The notes: generated by a model not told the origin, from the sequence alone. Shown: positions 27,544 through 37,832, counted from the first letter of the stretch. The stretch: DNA of 64,000 nt from Candidatus Wirthbacteria bacterium (GCA_903889905.1 CAISZI010000050.1:45294-109293); one strand, 5' to 3'. Made by a program: numbers and translations.

Positions 27544-28398
27544 ATGCGCCAAAACAAATCCCAAATTGCATCCCTGCTCGCCGTTTTTTGCAGCATGCTG
27601 CTCACCATCCTCAAACTGTCCGCTGGCATACTTTCCAACAGCCAGTCACTGATCTCTGACGGGCTCAATTCCCTGCTCGACATTGTCTCGGGAACCATCA
27701 TCTTTGTTGCCATTCGTGTGGGTGGTAAAAAAGCCGACGACAAACATCCCTTTGGCCACAACCGCGCCGAACCCATTGCCGCACTTGTGATTGCCATCCT
27801 GGCTGGCATTCTCAGCTTCGAAATCATCCGCGACGGCATCACCTCCATACTCCACCGCACGCCAGTTGAAGTCACCAATTTTACGTTTTTTGTGGTTTTT
27901 TTCTCGGTTGGCCTCAAAACCATCATGATGCTTGCCTTCCGTCGTATCGGCCGCGCCAGCAACAGCCCTTCGCTCAAAGCTGCCGCGATTGACTTTCGCA
28001 ATGACATTTTCGCTTCGAGCATGGTCATCGTAGCCGTAATCACCGCCAAACTCGGCCTCTCGGTACTCGACTCCTATATTGCCATATTGCTTGGACTCTG
28101 GATCGCCTACTCAGGTTTCAACATCGCACAGGAAAACCTCAAATACCTGATGGGCGAGTCACCGGATGGTGAACTTCTAAAGTTGGTACACGACAAAGCA
28201 TCAGGCATCCTGGGCGTCAAACAAATCCATGCTGTCAAAGCCCAGTACCTGGGTTCGGAAGTTGAAGTGGTGGTAGATATCGAAATTGACAAACGACTCA
28301 CATTGCAGCACGCCCACGAAATCGGCGAACACGTCAAGCAAGCGCTCGAGGAAACCCCTGAAATCTGCCACGCCTTTGTGCATATCGACCCGGTCTAA
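27544..28398 (+). CDS. Cation diffusion facilitator (CDF) family metal efflux transporter
   Basis: 'SDGLNSLLDIVSG', 'HPFGHNRAEPIAAL', 6 TM plus C-terminal cytoplasmic domain, typical of FieF/CzcD. Confidence 0.8.
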   Translation: MRQNKSQIASLLAVFCSMLLTILKLSAGILSNSQSLISDGLNSLLDIVSGTIIFVAIRVGGKKADDKHPFGHNRAEPIAALVIAILAGILSFEIIRDGITSILHRTPVEVTNFTFFVVFFSVGLKTIMMLAFRRIGRASNSPSLKAAAIDFRNDIFASSMVIVAVITAKLGLSVLDSYIAILLGLWIAYSGFNIAQENLKYLMGESPDGELLKLVHDKASGILGVKQIHAVKAQYLGSEVEVVVDIEIDKRLTLQHAHEIGEHVKQALEETPEICHAFVHIDPV

Positions 28399-28406
28399 AA
28401 CCCATC

Positions 28407-29411
28407 CTACCGTAGCACCACCCGACGCGATTGCAATGGCGCACTCCAACTGGGATCATAAGGCTCTGCGCTTCGTACCACAGGAATATTCCACTGGGTT
28501 TGGACGTAGTCAAACATATTTGCAATAGGGAATTTCATATCATTTTCTCCCACAATTCCCTGCACCAGATCCATCACCATGCGCACCGCAAGGGGCTCCT
28601 TCAACACGGGCAAAAAAGCTTTTGCCATGCGGTCGAGGTTCCGTTTGGCTTGCTCTGCATCGGCCACAAATTTATCCTCAAGCTCCATCACGCCCAGCTG
28701 ACCATCCAGCACATCCAGCAACAATATTAAATGGTAACTAAAATCATCGACTGTTACATTCGTCCCGCGTTGAGTAAATCGTCGATAAACCTCTTTAGCT
28801 TTCTCACGCATTTGATGGCGCTGGGCCCTGCACTGTAGAGGACTTAGTCTGACCATGGCATCGAGCAATTGACCAGTACAACGCTGCTCGCGCACATCCC
28901 ACTCCTGCTGCGACATCCCGGAACCATTGACCGTTTTGGCAGAATGCGAATACACGGCATCGCCATGCACCGCTTCCCCGATATCGTGCAAAAAAGAACC
29001 CAGCACGACTTGGTGGTACCCATTCTCACCTAACCGTGCTTTGATTTCTGGGTATGCCGACAACAGCTGTTGAAGTAACCGCAGCATATTTAAAGTGTGT
29101 TCCAGATCCGTTTCGCCGTCTCCCGCAAAACGCCGAACTTTGTTCAACAAATAAATCGAGGCCGTCACCATTCCCATTTCCAGCTCACCAGACTCCGTCA
29201 AACCCAGCGCCCGAGTCAGAATCCTTAGCATTTCCCCATTGCCGTCCAACAACTGTTGAACCTCGGCTGTGGCCATGGTGCGGTGATTTCTACCGCCAAA
29301 ATTGCCCACCTCAATCTTATTTTTGGCAATGGCGTCTTGAGTGCCGTCAAGGCAACTTACGATTTGCTCCAAAGACTGCTCATCAACGTTGCAATGAACG
29401 GACTCGCTCAT
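28407..29411 (-). CDS. HD-domain phosphohydrolase-like protein
   Basis: 'GSFLHDIGEAVHGD' resembles the H...HD...D metal-binding block; otherwise unassigned. Confidence 0.45.
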   Translation of the reverse strand: MSESVHCNVDEQSLEQIVSCLDGTQDAIAKNKIEVGNFGGRNHRTMATAEVQQLLDGNGEMLRILTRALGLTESGELEMGMVTASIYLLNKVRRFAGDGETDLEHTLNMLRLLQQLLSAYPEIKARLGENGYHQVVLGSFLHDIGEAVHGDAVYSHSAKTVNGSGMSQQEWDVREQRCTGQLLDAMVRLSPLQCRAQRHQMREKAKEVYRRFTQRGTNVTVDDFSYHLILLLDVLDGQLGVMELEDKFVADAEQAKRNLDRMAKAFLPVLKEPLAVRMVMDLVQGIVGENDMKFPIANMFDYVQTQWNIPVVRSAEPYDPSWSAPLQSRRVVLR

Positions 29412-29592
29412 ATCTCTCTTCGCTAAAAAGTCAGGTGTTCATCTTAACACAAAAATCACTCGCCTTCACATTGTCTCCACATCCCTTGCCTATAATTAAT
29501 AAGATCAGCCTCGTTTTTTGCACAACTAAAACGTGATACCATTAGCTTGAAATACCCTCAATGGGCGTTTATCAACTCAAAAAGACAAACCC

Positions 29593-30276
29593 ATGAAAAA
29601 AATCCTCCTGATCGAAGACAATGCCCAGATTCGTCAGACCATCCGTGACTTTCTGGATGCCAAAGGCTATTTCGTCGTGGAAATTGACAACGGCACAACC
29701 GCAGTGCAGGCTTTTTTTGATGAACTGCCCGATCTGGTGCTGCTGGATTTGAATCTGCCTGGCAAGGATGGCGTGGATATTTGCCGCGAAATCCGCGCCA
29801 AAAGCCTGACGCCGATCATCATGATCACCGCCCGCCGCGAAGAAGCCGACCAGCTGCAGGGGCTCGATGAAGGCGCCGACGATTACATTGTCAAACCCTT
29901 TAGCCCCAAAGTGCTCGTGGTCAAAGTTGAAAAACTACTGGAACGGCCACTAGCCGAAAAACCCCAGATCGTACGGTTTCTGGACCTCGAGATCAATTCC
30001 GCCTCCCGCCAGCTCAAACGCATCCTGCCCAACAAACAATACGAAGTCATTCACCTCACGCCGGCTGAATTCAACCTGCTCGAGACGCTCGCTCTCAACA
30101 AGCACAAGGCTTATTCACGCGACGAACTGATCGATTGTGTCAGTGACGATCCCTTGGGCGCCGACATTTTTGACCGCACCATTGATTCCCATATCAAAAA
30201 TTTACGCCAAAAACTCGGCACCAAAGACTACATTCAGACTGTGCGTGGGATTGGCTACCAGGCGGCTGAGGAATAA
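29593..30276 (+). CDS. OmpR-family two-component response regulator
   Basis: REC domain 'LLIEDN...LVLLDLNLPGKDG...DDYIVKPF' plus winged-helix C-terminus 'VRGIGYQ'. Confidence 0.85.
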   Translation: MKKILLIEDNAQIRQTIRDFLDAKGYFVVEIDNGTTAVQAFFDELPDLVLLDLNLPGKDGVDICREIRAKSLTPIIMITARREEADQLQGLDEGADDYIVKPFSPKVLVVKVEKLLERPLAEKPQIVRFLDLEINSASRQLKRILPNKQYEVIHLTPAEFNLLETLALNKHKAYSRDELIDCVSDDPLGADIFDRTIDSHIKNLRQKLGTKDYIQTVRGIGYQAAEE

Positions 30277-30278
30277 CC

Positions 30279-31484
30279 ATGCCCATTCATTTGCATAAGC
30301 TCAAAGTCAACCTCCGCTCCAAAATCATCTTGCTGGTCGCGGCGATGACGCTGCTCGCCATTGGCTCCGCCGCCATTATCATCAACATGCGGGTCAGCAT
30401 CGCTTTTGAAAACTTCCTCGAAAGTCAGTCCAATATCTGGCGCAGCGTCGGCAGTTTTGATCAAATGCTGAGACTCTCGCCCGACTATCGCCGCACGGTT
30501 TTTTCATCCTTTCTGGAAAGCCAGTTCAAGGAGCAAATCTGGCAGGGTCTCGCCATTGCTGGCGTGTTTTCCGTAGCCTCGGCCATCCTGTTTGGTGCCT
30601 ACCTCTCAGACCGCATCAGCGAACCGCTGCGGGAACTCAAGACCCAGGTACTGAAACTCAAGGCTTATCATCGTGGTGATCCGATCAAAATTGGCGGGGA
30701 CCCGGAAATTGCTGAAGTCAGCCACGCGTTCGAGGATTTACGTCAGGAACTTAACCGTGTCGAAGAGTTACGCAAAGATGCCATTTCCGACATGGCGCAT
30801 GAAATCATTACCCCACTGCAGTCGCTGCTGGGTACAATTGAGGGTATCGAAGAGGGTATTTACAAAGCGCCGGCCAAAATTGGCGAGATGAAACAATCTG
30901 TGGAACAAATCCGCGCCATTGTCGACGACTTTCGTTTTTTTAGCCACGCCCGCGCCAAAACCAAAGACCAGAAACTGGAAGCTGTCGAACTCAAACCCTT
31001 TGTCACCAACCTGGTCGCCACCGTGAGCCGCAGTACTGGCAACAAAAAGCTCAAATTAACCACCACGATTCCCGCTGACATCGTCCTCAACACGGACAAA
31101 CAGATGCTCAGCCACATCCTCACCAACCTGGTCAAAAACGCCGTCCAGTACACCCCCAAAGGCGAAGTCAAAGTCAGTGCCGAGACAGAAGGCAAACTGA
31201 TTTTACTCAAAGTCTCAGATACAGGACTCGGCATTGACCCCGAGGATTTACCCAATATTTTTGAACGCTTTTACCGCGGCCGACGCACACGCCCCTCCGA
31301 AGCCGGTGGCACCGGACTCGGGCTCGCCATTGTCCGTGAATACATTGACCAGTTGCATTGGCATATCGACGTCGCCTCGGTACCAGACCAGGGCACGACC
31401 TTTACCATCACCATCCCGCCTGCCCAACAGGACAAACCCGAAGCAGAACCTCAAAAAGCCTACAGCAACGGCCGCAAATCATAA
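30279..31484 (+). CDS. Sensor histidine kinase (HAMP-less, HisKA + HATPase_c)
   Basis: Two N-terminal TM, H-box 'DMAHEIITPLQSL', G-box 'GGTGLGLAIV'; 3 nt after RR gene. Confidence 0.8.
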   Translation: MPIHLHKLKVNLRSKIILLVAAMTLLAIGSAAIIINMRVSIAFENFLESQSNIWRSVGSFDQMLRLSPDYRRTVFSSFLESQFKEQIWQGLAIAGVFSVASAILFGAYLSDRISEPLRELKTQVLKLKAYHRGDPIKIGGDPEIAEVSHAFEDLRQELNRVEELRKDAISDMAHEIITPLQSLLGTIEGIEEGIYKAPAKIGEMKQSVEQIRAIVDDFRFFSHARAKTKDQKLEAVELKPFVTNLVATVSRSTGNKKLKLTTTIPADIVLNTDKQMLSHILTNLVKNAVQYTPKGEVKVSAETEGKLILLKVSDTGLGIDPEDLPNIFERFYRGRRTRPSEAGGTGLGLAIVREYIDQLHWHIDVASVPDQGTTFTITIPPAQQDKPEAEPQKAYSNGRKS

Positions 31485-33235
31485 ACACGATATCCGGCAT
31501 TGGCATAGACGAGTGGCAGGACAAGTTGCGTGTCTGCCTCAACCACCACCAAACTGGCGCCGTATTTTTTGGCAATCATGACAAAATCAACAACACGGTT
31601 GGCTGCGTAGGCAGTTTTAAAAAATCCTCCATGCAGCGAACTGGAGTACAAACCTGCCTCACCACGATTCAAAACTTTTTGAAACGCACCGCCCGTTAAA
31701 TCATTCCACTTTTGTGTCACCGGCACTGCCCAATCGACGTTGAAGGCAGCTTCAGATGGATCCCCGGCTGTCATCACCACTGACCGCTCGGCTATGGCCC
31801 GAAAATCCGGCACATGCAAACCGCTTTGGTACGGCGGCACGATCAGTTTCGCGTCCTGCGGTGTATGCTGCCGTATCCAATCCTCGGTCGCCCACAAGTC
31901 GTTGTGCTCAGGCCAGATACGCACGCCTGGCCACCAGGTCTGCGCTACCCACATGGACACCATCATCGCGACAAATCCAACACCAGCCAGCGTCGCATAA
32001 AACCAATGCAGGCGCGGTTTGTCTTTGACCCAAAGGCCAAAAAGCAAAACCAGCATCGTTAAAAATGGCCAGACTGAGGCCCAAAGGACAAAAACACTGA
32101 TTGCCAGCCACCAGCGCAGCAGGCTTTTTTGCTCGTAAAGTTGAAAACCGTAAGCTGCCAACAGGATGTAAGTCAAAAGCAGCAAAAATGTATTGGCCCG
32201 GATCACTTGCAGTTGCACGAGCACTGTGATCGGCAGGACATGCGCTACCAAAACCGCCAGCAGGCTCAGGACCAGCAGTGCCACGACAAAATTCCGCATG
32301 ATTTGCTTGTGCCCCAAATCCGGCCATCCCAGTTTCCGCCAGGCAAACACCACCATCGCCATACTCGCAAAACCTGCCAACAAAGTTATCAAAATTTGCG
32401 GGTTCGTCATCTGCAAAAACTGATAAAACCCGTCCTGCACCACCCGCATGAACGCGAACCATGATGGATGCACCCCAAAATCAATGCCTTGGCTCACCCC
32501 GCTACGCCACAGCAGTGTTGGCAAACAGACAAGCACAGCCACAACCAGTCCAAGCAGCTTCTTGCCCAAATCACGGCGCCCGCCAAGCGCCACATCGGTT
32601 GCAAACATGGCCAGCACAAACATCGCCGACATCCAGTGCAGGTTGGCGACAAGACCCACCAACAAAAACGCCAGGACGGTTTTTGGGCGCAGATAAAGAC
32701 GGATCGAGAGCAACAGCAGTGGCAACACCACCATGCGTGGCAGCATCAACGCATCCAGCGTGCTCACGAACCCAAACGAAAACTTGGGTAACATCAGTGC
32801 CAGGACCGCCATTATCGCAATGGCCCGCCGTCCAAACATGTCCATGGCCAGCCCGTAAATCTGCGTGAAAAAGAAAAAAAGTGCGACAACAAACAAACCA
32901 AAAAATACCCATTCAATACCAAACATCCGAAACAGCGGTAGCAACAATGACCAAAAATAGGTCGGCTTGGTGTTGCGCAACAGGACAAACGGATCGTTGG
33001 GGTAGAGTGCAGGATTGAGCATCTGTTTGAGGTACGGCAAATGCACTTTCTGATCCTGGACGCCAAAGGAATACCCGTTCCACACCAGGGCAAACAGCGT
33101 GGACGCCAAGCAGAACAAAACCATGCCATTTCTGCGCCAGAATGGTTTCTGTAATATCAATTGCATTTTTTGAAGTCGATTGCCCATACCACAAAGTTCC
33201 CAAATCACCATCTTAAACTGCCACCATGCTATCAC
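31460..33235 (-). CDS. Large polytopic membrane protein with C-terminal extracytoplasmic domain; GT-C-type glycosyltransferase candidate
   Basis: About 12 TM followed by a ~200-aa soluble domain, the architecture of ArnT/PMT/YfhO-like GT-C enzymes. Assignment is by architecture and neighbourhood only. Confidence 0.4.
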   Translation of the reverse strand: MIAWWQFKMVIWELCGMGNRLQKMQLILQKPFWRRNGMVLFCLASTLFALVWNGYSFGVQDQKVHLPYLKQMLNPALYPNDPFVLLRNTKPTYFWSLLLPLFRMFGIEWVFFGLFVVALFFFFTQIYGLAMDMFGRRAIAIMAVLALMLPKFSFGFVSTLDALMLPRMVVLPLLLLSIRLYLRPKTVLAFLLVGLVANLHWMSAMFVLAMFATDVALGGRRDLGKKLLGLVVAVLVCLPTLLWRSGVSQGIDFGVHPSWFAFMRVVQDGFYQFLQMTNPQILITLLAGFASMAMVVFAWRKLGWPDLGHKQIMRNFVVALLVLSLLAVLVAHVLPITVLVQLQVIRANTFLLLLTYILLAAYGFQLYEQKSLLRWWLAISVFVLWASVWPFLTMLVLLFGLWVKDKPRLHWFYATLAGVGFVAMMVSMWVAQTWWPGVRIWPEHNDLWATEDWIRQHTPQDAKLIVPPYQSGLHVPDFRAIAERSVVMTAGDPSEAAFNVDWAVPVTQKWNDLTGGAFQKVLNRGEAGLYSSSLHGGFFKTAYAANRVVDFVMIAKKYGASLVVVEADTQLVLPLVYANAGYRVYDLRPLL

Positions 33236-33394
33236 AACTTATATTCTAGAGCTGCCTGCCCAACTCTTTTTGACACAAAATCGCGATCTGGGTTTATAAT
33301 CATCCTACATAGAGTCGTATCGTAAATACGCAATGCATGCGTCTCCCCCTTTCATGGTTTGGCTGTTAGTTATTAGAATTTAGGATTTATTGCC

Positions 33395-34168
33395 TTGTCC
33401 CAAATCCACATCGGCTTCGGCCAGCAACCCAATGGTTTTTTTCCCAAACGCTACCTCGTGGCCAAAATCCAAAGCGCCCGCGCGCTCCAGGCTCAAATCG
33501 GTGGTGAGATCATCTTTTTTTACCACGACAGCGATCACGATTACCGCGAAACCGTGACACCACTCATCGACAAAGCCAACGGCAACCTGGTGCGGTTAAA
33601 CTTTACCCAGGAAAACAAAATTCAAAAAAAATTCTCGCCGCTCTACCGTAAACGCATACCCAGCGGCTGGCAGGAAGAAATTGCACGTAAACTGCCGACG
33701 TTTGTCGACAAGCCACTAGTGGAACTGTTCAAGACCATCCATGCCAGCACCGTAGCTGACTTTTGCCTGCAGACGTATCAGCAGATGGGGTTGCTGGAAG
33801 GGATAAAAGTGGTGCGATCGAGTGACAAGGAATTTCGAGAAACTGCAGAAGAATTGCGTGGCGACTATTTTGCCGACGTCCCATTCGAAAATGAAATCGT
33901 CCGCGCCCGCCTCCTGGACGGAAAATTCAAGCTACACCAGGGGGGCAACGAATACATTGAACTGCCTTTCCAAAATGTCTCCAAAACAGAGAAATCCTCC
34001 AGCCGGGAATCCCGCTTTGAATGGATGCAATCCGTCTTGCACCTGACACATTATGTCACCGGTGGCGGCGAAGAAAGCTACCTGGATAAAACAAAATGGC
34101 CTGAGGTGAATTTCATACTCAGAGACAGCCTGGAGAACTTACTGGAGAGTTGGACGTCTATAATGTGA
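33395..34168 (+). CDS. Hypothetical soluble protein
   Basis: 257-aa ORF between the GT-C-like gene and the PIG-L gene; no family recognised. Confidence 0.45.
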   Translation: MSQIHIGFGQQPNGFFPKRYLVAKIQSARALQAQIGGEIIFFYHDSDHDYRETVTPLIDKANGNLVRLNFTQENKIQKKFSPLYRKRIPSGWQEEIARKLPTFVDKPLVELFKTIHASTVADFCLQTYQQMGLLEGIKVVRSSDKEFRETAEELRGDYFADVPFENEIVRARLLDGKFKLHQGGNEYIELPFQNVSKTEKSSSRESRFEWMQSVLHLTHYVTGGGEESYLDKTKWPEVNFILRDSLENLLESWTSIM

Positions 34169-34850
34169 GCAATGCATCCGCGTCGTGGATGTTGATATTT
34201 TCCTTGCACACAAAAGGCTCCCCATAAGTCTTTTTGATCTGTTCCCCCCAGAAGCGATTGCGCTCACTGACTTTTTCAAAAACATTCGCCGTGTTGGCTT
34301 TGTGCGCAAATTGCGACTGATACGCAGTCAGAGCCTTGAGTTTTGTCTCCATACTTTCGCTGATGTCAAAAATAAACGATGGCATAAACCTGACAGCAAT
34401 ATGCGTCGTAATATAATGGAAAAACTTGTAGGGGTAATGCGGCTCAAACGGTAAATCCGTCTTGACAAACTTGGCATAGAACCGTGCCGCAATGGCCAGG
34501 CTGGAAGCCTCAATATGATCGGGATGGCCATCTTCCCAATACGGGATAAAGAGTGTTTTGGGCTTGTATTCCCGGATCACGGCGGCCAGTTTTTTTCTAT
34601 TTTCGACTGTATCAAAAATTTCACGGTTGGTGATATCCAGCGTAATCCGTTGCGTCACACCAAGGGCTTTTGCTGCTGCGGCTGCCTCTGTCATGCGAAG
34701 CTCATGCGTTCCATGCGGAGTGGGCTCGCCATCGGACAGATCCACCAGAACCACTGATTTCCCCGCCTTGGTCAAAGCAGCGATGGTACCGCCCATGCCA
34801 ATTTCGACATCATCGGGATGCGCCCCGATCGCCATTACATCGATTGCCAT
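34158..34850 (-). CDS. PIG-L/LmbE family N-acetylhexosaminyl deacetylase (BshB/MshB-like)
   Basis: 'AIGAHPDDVEIGMGG' is the PIG-L AHPDDE zinc-binding motif; 'HPDH' second block. Confidence 0.8.
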   Translation of the reverse strand: MAIDVMAIGAHPDDVEIGMGGTIAALTKAGKSVVLVDLSDGEPTPHGTHELRMTEAAAAAKALGVTQRITLDITNREIFDTVENRKKLAAVIREYKPKTLFIPYWEDGHPDHIEASSLAIAARFYAKFVKTDLPFEPHYPYKFFHYITTHIAVRFMPSFIFDISESMETKLKALTAYQSQFAHKANTANVFEKVSERNRFWGEQIKKTYGEPFVCKENINIHDADALLTL

Positions 34851-35566
34851 TTTTGCTTCTCCTGCTCTAATATTTGTTGATAATAATGAAGTCGTTTACT
34901 GGGGTCATCCAATTCTGCCCCAAAAGACCGTCGCACATGAAAATAAATCCGATCAACGGCAATTTCTTTGACTTTCATGCCCAAAAAATAAGCCTGAATC
35001 CAAAGTTGCAAAGGAAAGGCATAACCCATTTCAGTCAGCGAGAACTTATTCAGGGCGGAAACCTGGTAAGCCTTGAATCCACAAAAAGCATCCGTAATGT
35101 CAAATTGGGTTAACCGATTGATCCATTCTGATACTGTCAAATTGATGGCTGGTCGATCCTGTGGCGGCTTTCCAATCACTCGGCTATTGGGAAGATAACG
35201 ACTTCCCGACACAATATCTACATTTTTTAGCGCTGCAAAAAACTGTGGCAGATAGGCTGGTTCGTGTTGAGCATCGCAGTCCATGGTCACCACATCATCA
35301 TAATCATTGGAAATAGCATAAGTAAAAGCATCCAGCAGTGATTTTCCATACCCCTGATTGCTGGAATGGTGAATGACTTCCACCCGTCGCCGGTGGTTTT
35401 TCCAGATGAGTGGAATGGATCGATCAGTGGATCCATCGTCAACGATCAGGATGTCGTTGTGATAAAACTTTCGAATTTGATTCAAAACTCTAACGACCGT
35501 TTTTTCTTCATTATAAAGTGGAATGATCACTAAATGCCTAAAAGGCGTGCGCGGATTGCATAGCAT
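34835..35566 (-). CDS. GT2 polyprenyl-phosphate sugar synthase (Dpm1/PpgS/ArnC-like)
   Basis: 'IIPLYNEEKTV...LIVDDGSTDRS' and 'TMDCDAQHEP' (DxD) are GT2 blocks. ~240 aa with no C-terminal TM, like DPM1/Rv3631. Overlaps the PIG-L gene by 16 nt. Confidence 0.7.
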   Translation of the reverse strand: MLCNPRTPFRHLVIIPLYNEEKTVVRVLNQIRKFYHNDILIVDDGSTDRSIPLIWKNHRRRVEVIHHSSNQGYGKSLLDAFTYAISNDYDDVVTMDCDAQHEPAYLPQFFAALKNVDIVSGSRYLPNSRVIGKPPQDRPAINLTVSEWINRLTQFDITDAFCGFKAYQVSALNKFSLTEMGYAFPLQLWIQAYFLGMKVKEIAVDRIYFHVRRSFGAELDDPSKRLHYYQQILEQEKQKWQSM

Positions 35567-35610
35567 GTGTATAATGTCCTTACCTTAATCACTTGGTATG
35601 AGTAAATACG

Positions 35611-37380
35611 ATGACTTCACTGCAATTCTTTCTCTCTTTCCTGTCCAACAAAAAACGCCGTCTAGTGTTCATCTCTTTTTTGGCCATGGTTTTCCAGGTC
35701 TTTTCGCTGAGTGAAGCTTTTTTATACAAAGTCTTGATTGATAATTACCTGACCAGAATTGCCTCAATCTCATCAGCGACTTTCTTTCGAGGCGTCATCA
35801 TCATTATGATCCTCTGGGTCAGCATTGCCTTTATTGCCAGGTTAGCCAAGCTCAGCCAACGCTATTTTGCCAAACTGCTGGCCAACCAAATCGGCATCGA
35901 AGTCTTTGAGCAAGGCTATAAACATGCCATCAATCTGTCCTTGGATTACCATGAAGTGCGAAAAACCGGGGAAGTACTGCGCAAACTCTCAAAAGCCAAG
36001 GATGACGCCGAGTCAACGATCATTGCCATTTTTGACAATCTGATCATCCAATCGGTTTCCTTCATTATAGTCACCATCCTGTTTTTTGTCATCCGTTGGC
36101 AAATCGCGTTGATGATGCTTTGCTTTATCCCTATTTTTCTCATCATTTCCCGGTATTTTTCGCAGAATATCGGCACGATCCAGGACCAGAACAATATCAA
36201 ACTGGAAAAAGCGCACGGTTCGGTGCAACAGGCCTTGGATGCCATCATGGTCGTTCATTCCTTTAATCGCCAAAGCAAGGAAGTCCAAAACCTGCAGTAC
36301 AACCACCAACTCTCCACCGAAGCAGTGCGTGACAAAAATCGGGTCTGGCAGAGATTTGGTTTTGTGCAGGGAACGTTCATCAACCTGGCCAGGCTCACGG
36401 TCATTGCTACCAGTGCTTACTTTGTTTATATGGGACAAATGACGATCGGTCAGATCATCCTCCTTTCCACCTGGTCGTTTTACATTTTTGGTCCCATGCT
36501 GGATGTCTCCGAACTGATCGGCACGGTCAAAGAGGGATTGAGTTCCCTCGGTCGTGTTAACGACTTGCTCGCTGTGCCTGTCATGATCAATTCTCCGGCA
36601 ACACCTTTTCATCCAACCCCATCCATGCTTCCTGCCGTTAGCATGGAGCATGTTTCCTTCTCCTACCCGCTGCAGTCTCACAAAATCATCGACGACATCA
36701 GTTTTGCAGTGGCACCCGGAAAAAAAGTTGCAATCGTCGGGCCATCCGGAGCCGGAAAATCAACTATTACCAAAATGATTCTGCGCTTTTATGATGTTAC
36801 AGGGGGAAAAATACTTGTCGGTAATGAGGACATCCGGAATTGGGATCTGGAATCTTTAAGGGATGCCATTGGTTTGGTGCTCCAAGACAGCATTCTTTTT
36901 AATGATTCCATTTTCAATAATATCCGTTATGGCAAACTGGATGCCACCAAAGCAGAAGTTATCTCTGCTGCCCAACGAGCCTATTGCCATGATTTTATCG
37001 TTTCACTTCCCGAAGGTTATGATACGATCGTTGGTGACCGGGGAATAAAACTCTCGGGTGGTGAGAAACAACGTGTCTCGATTGCCCGCACCTTGCTCAA
37101 AAATCCCCATATCCTGATCCTGGACGAAGCCACCTCCTCCCTCGACAGCGAATCAGAGGTAATCGTCCAGCAGGCCTTGAACGAACTCTCCCGTAATCGT
37201 ACGACGATCACCATTGCTCATCGACTTTCGACCATTATGAACAGCGATGAAATCCTTTTTCTCCAAAATGGCAAAATCACCGAACGCGGGACGCATGACA
37301 AACTTCTTGCTCTTGGTGGAAAGTACAAACAATACATTGACCTGCAAAAAAAACGAGAAGCTTTTCCGTCTGCCAACTAA
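35611..37380 (+). CDS. ABC exporter, fused permease/ATPase (MsbA/lipid-exporter-like)
   Basis: 6-TM domain plus NBD with 'GPSGAGKST', 'LSGGEKQRVSIAR', 'ILILDEATSSLD'. Confidence 0.85.
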   Translation: MTSLQFFLSFLSNKKRRLVFISFLAMVFQVFSLSEAFLYKVLIDNYLTRIASISSATFFRGVIIIMILWVSIAFIARLAKLSQRYFAKLLANQIGIEVFEQGYKHAINLSLDYHEVRKTGEVLRKLSKAKDDAESTIIAIFDNLIIQSVSFIIVTILFFVIRWQIALMMLCFIPIFLIISRYFSQNIGTIQDQNNIKLEKAHGSVQQALDAIMVVHSFNRQSKEVQNLQYNHQLSTEAVRDKNRVWQRFGFVQGTFINLARLTVIATSAYFVYMGQMTIGQIILLSTWSFYIFGPMLDVSELIGTVKEGLSSLGRVNDLLAVPVMINSPATPFHPTPSMLPAVSMEHVSFSYPLQSHKIIDDISFAVAPGKKVAIVGPSGAGKSTITKMILRFYDVTGGKILVGNEDIRNWDLESLRDAIGLVLQDSILFNDSIFNNIRYGKLDATKAEVISAAQRAYCHDFIVSLPEGYDTIVGDRGIKLSGGEKQRVSIARTLLKNPHILILDEATSSLDSESEVIVQQALNELSRNRTTITIAHRLSTIMNSDEILFLQNGKITERGTHDKLLALGGKYKQYIDLQKKREAFPSAN

Positions 37381-37400
37381 TTATTAATCGGAAATGAGCC

Positions 37401-37697
37401 ATGCCACAAATCATTGACCTCGAGACACAACAGAAACTTCCCGCCAATTGCTTCATTTTCAAACATGGAACAGACTGTGTGATTTCATCCAATGCCGCCC
37501 GTATCGTTCGCAGCCTGAATACCGATTTACCTATCTACTGGATTAATGTCAAACAAAACCGCGAAATCTCCACATGGATTGCCACCGAGTATCAAGTTGA
37601 ACACGACTGGCCTCAACTGATTAAGGTCGTTGATGGTAAAGTCGTCAAAACACTGACGCATTACTTCATCAGTGAACGCAATCTGAACAAGGACTGA
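37401..37697 (+). CDS. YtxJ-like thioredoxin-fold protein, paralog 1 (TxxCxIS motif variant TDCVIS)
   Basis: 98 aa, 60% identical to 37869..38165; YtxJ/DUF2847 family is defined by a T-C-P-I-S motif. Confidence 0.55.
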   Translation: MPQIIDLETQQKLPANCFIFKHGTDCVISSNAARIVRSLNTDLPIYWINVKQNREISTWIATEYQVEHDWPQLIKVVDGKVVKTLTHYFISERNLNKD

Positions 37698-37727
37698 CTT
37701 CCCCGGACTGCTTGCGACACAATCTGT

Positions 37728-37832
37728 GGTAAAATCATCGAGCGCGGCACCCACGACCAGCTCATCCAAATCGGTGGCAAATACAAACAATACATTGATC
37801 TGCAGAAAAAAAGACAAGCACTCACCGCCTGA
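37728..37832 (+). pseudogene. Remnant of ABC exporter C-terminus (duplicated gene tail)
   Basis: Translates to 'GKIIERGTHDQLIQIGGKYKQYIDLQKKRQALTA*'. This is ~75% identical to the end of 35611..37380 ('GKITERGTHDKLLALGGKYKQYIDLQKKREAFPSAN*'). Confidence 0.6.

Noticed and set aside
33395-35566. Bacillithiol biosynthesis locus (BshA/BshB/BshC) suggested by the PIG-L deacetylase and nearby YtxJ genes
   Set aside because: The glycosyltransferase is a small GT2 Dpm1-like enzyme rather than a GT4 BshA, and no BshC-sized (~540 aa) protein is present. The bacillithiol idea is kept only as an alternative in the refutation criteria of the envelope-modification finding.
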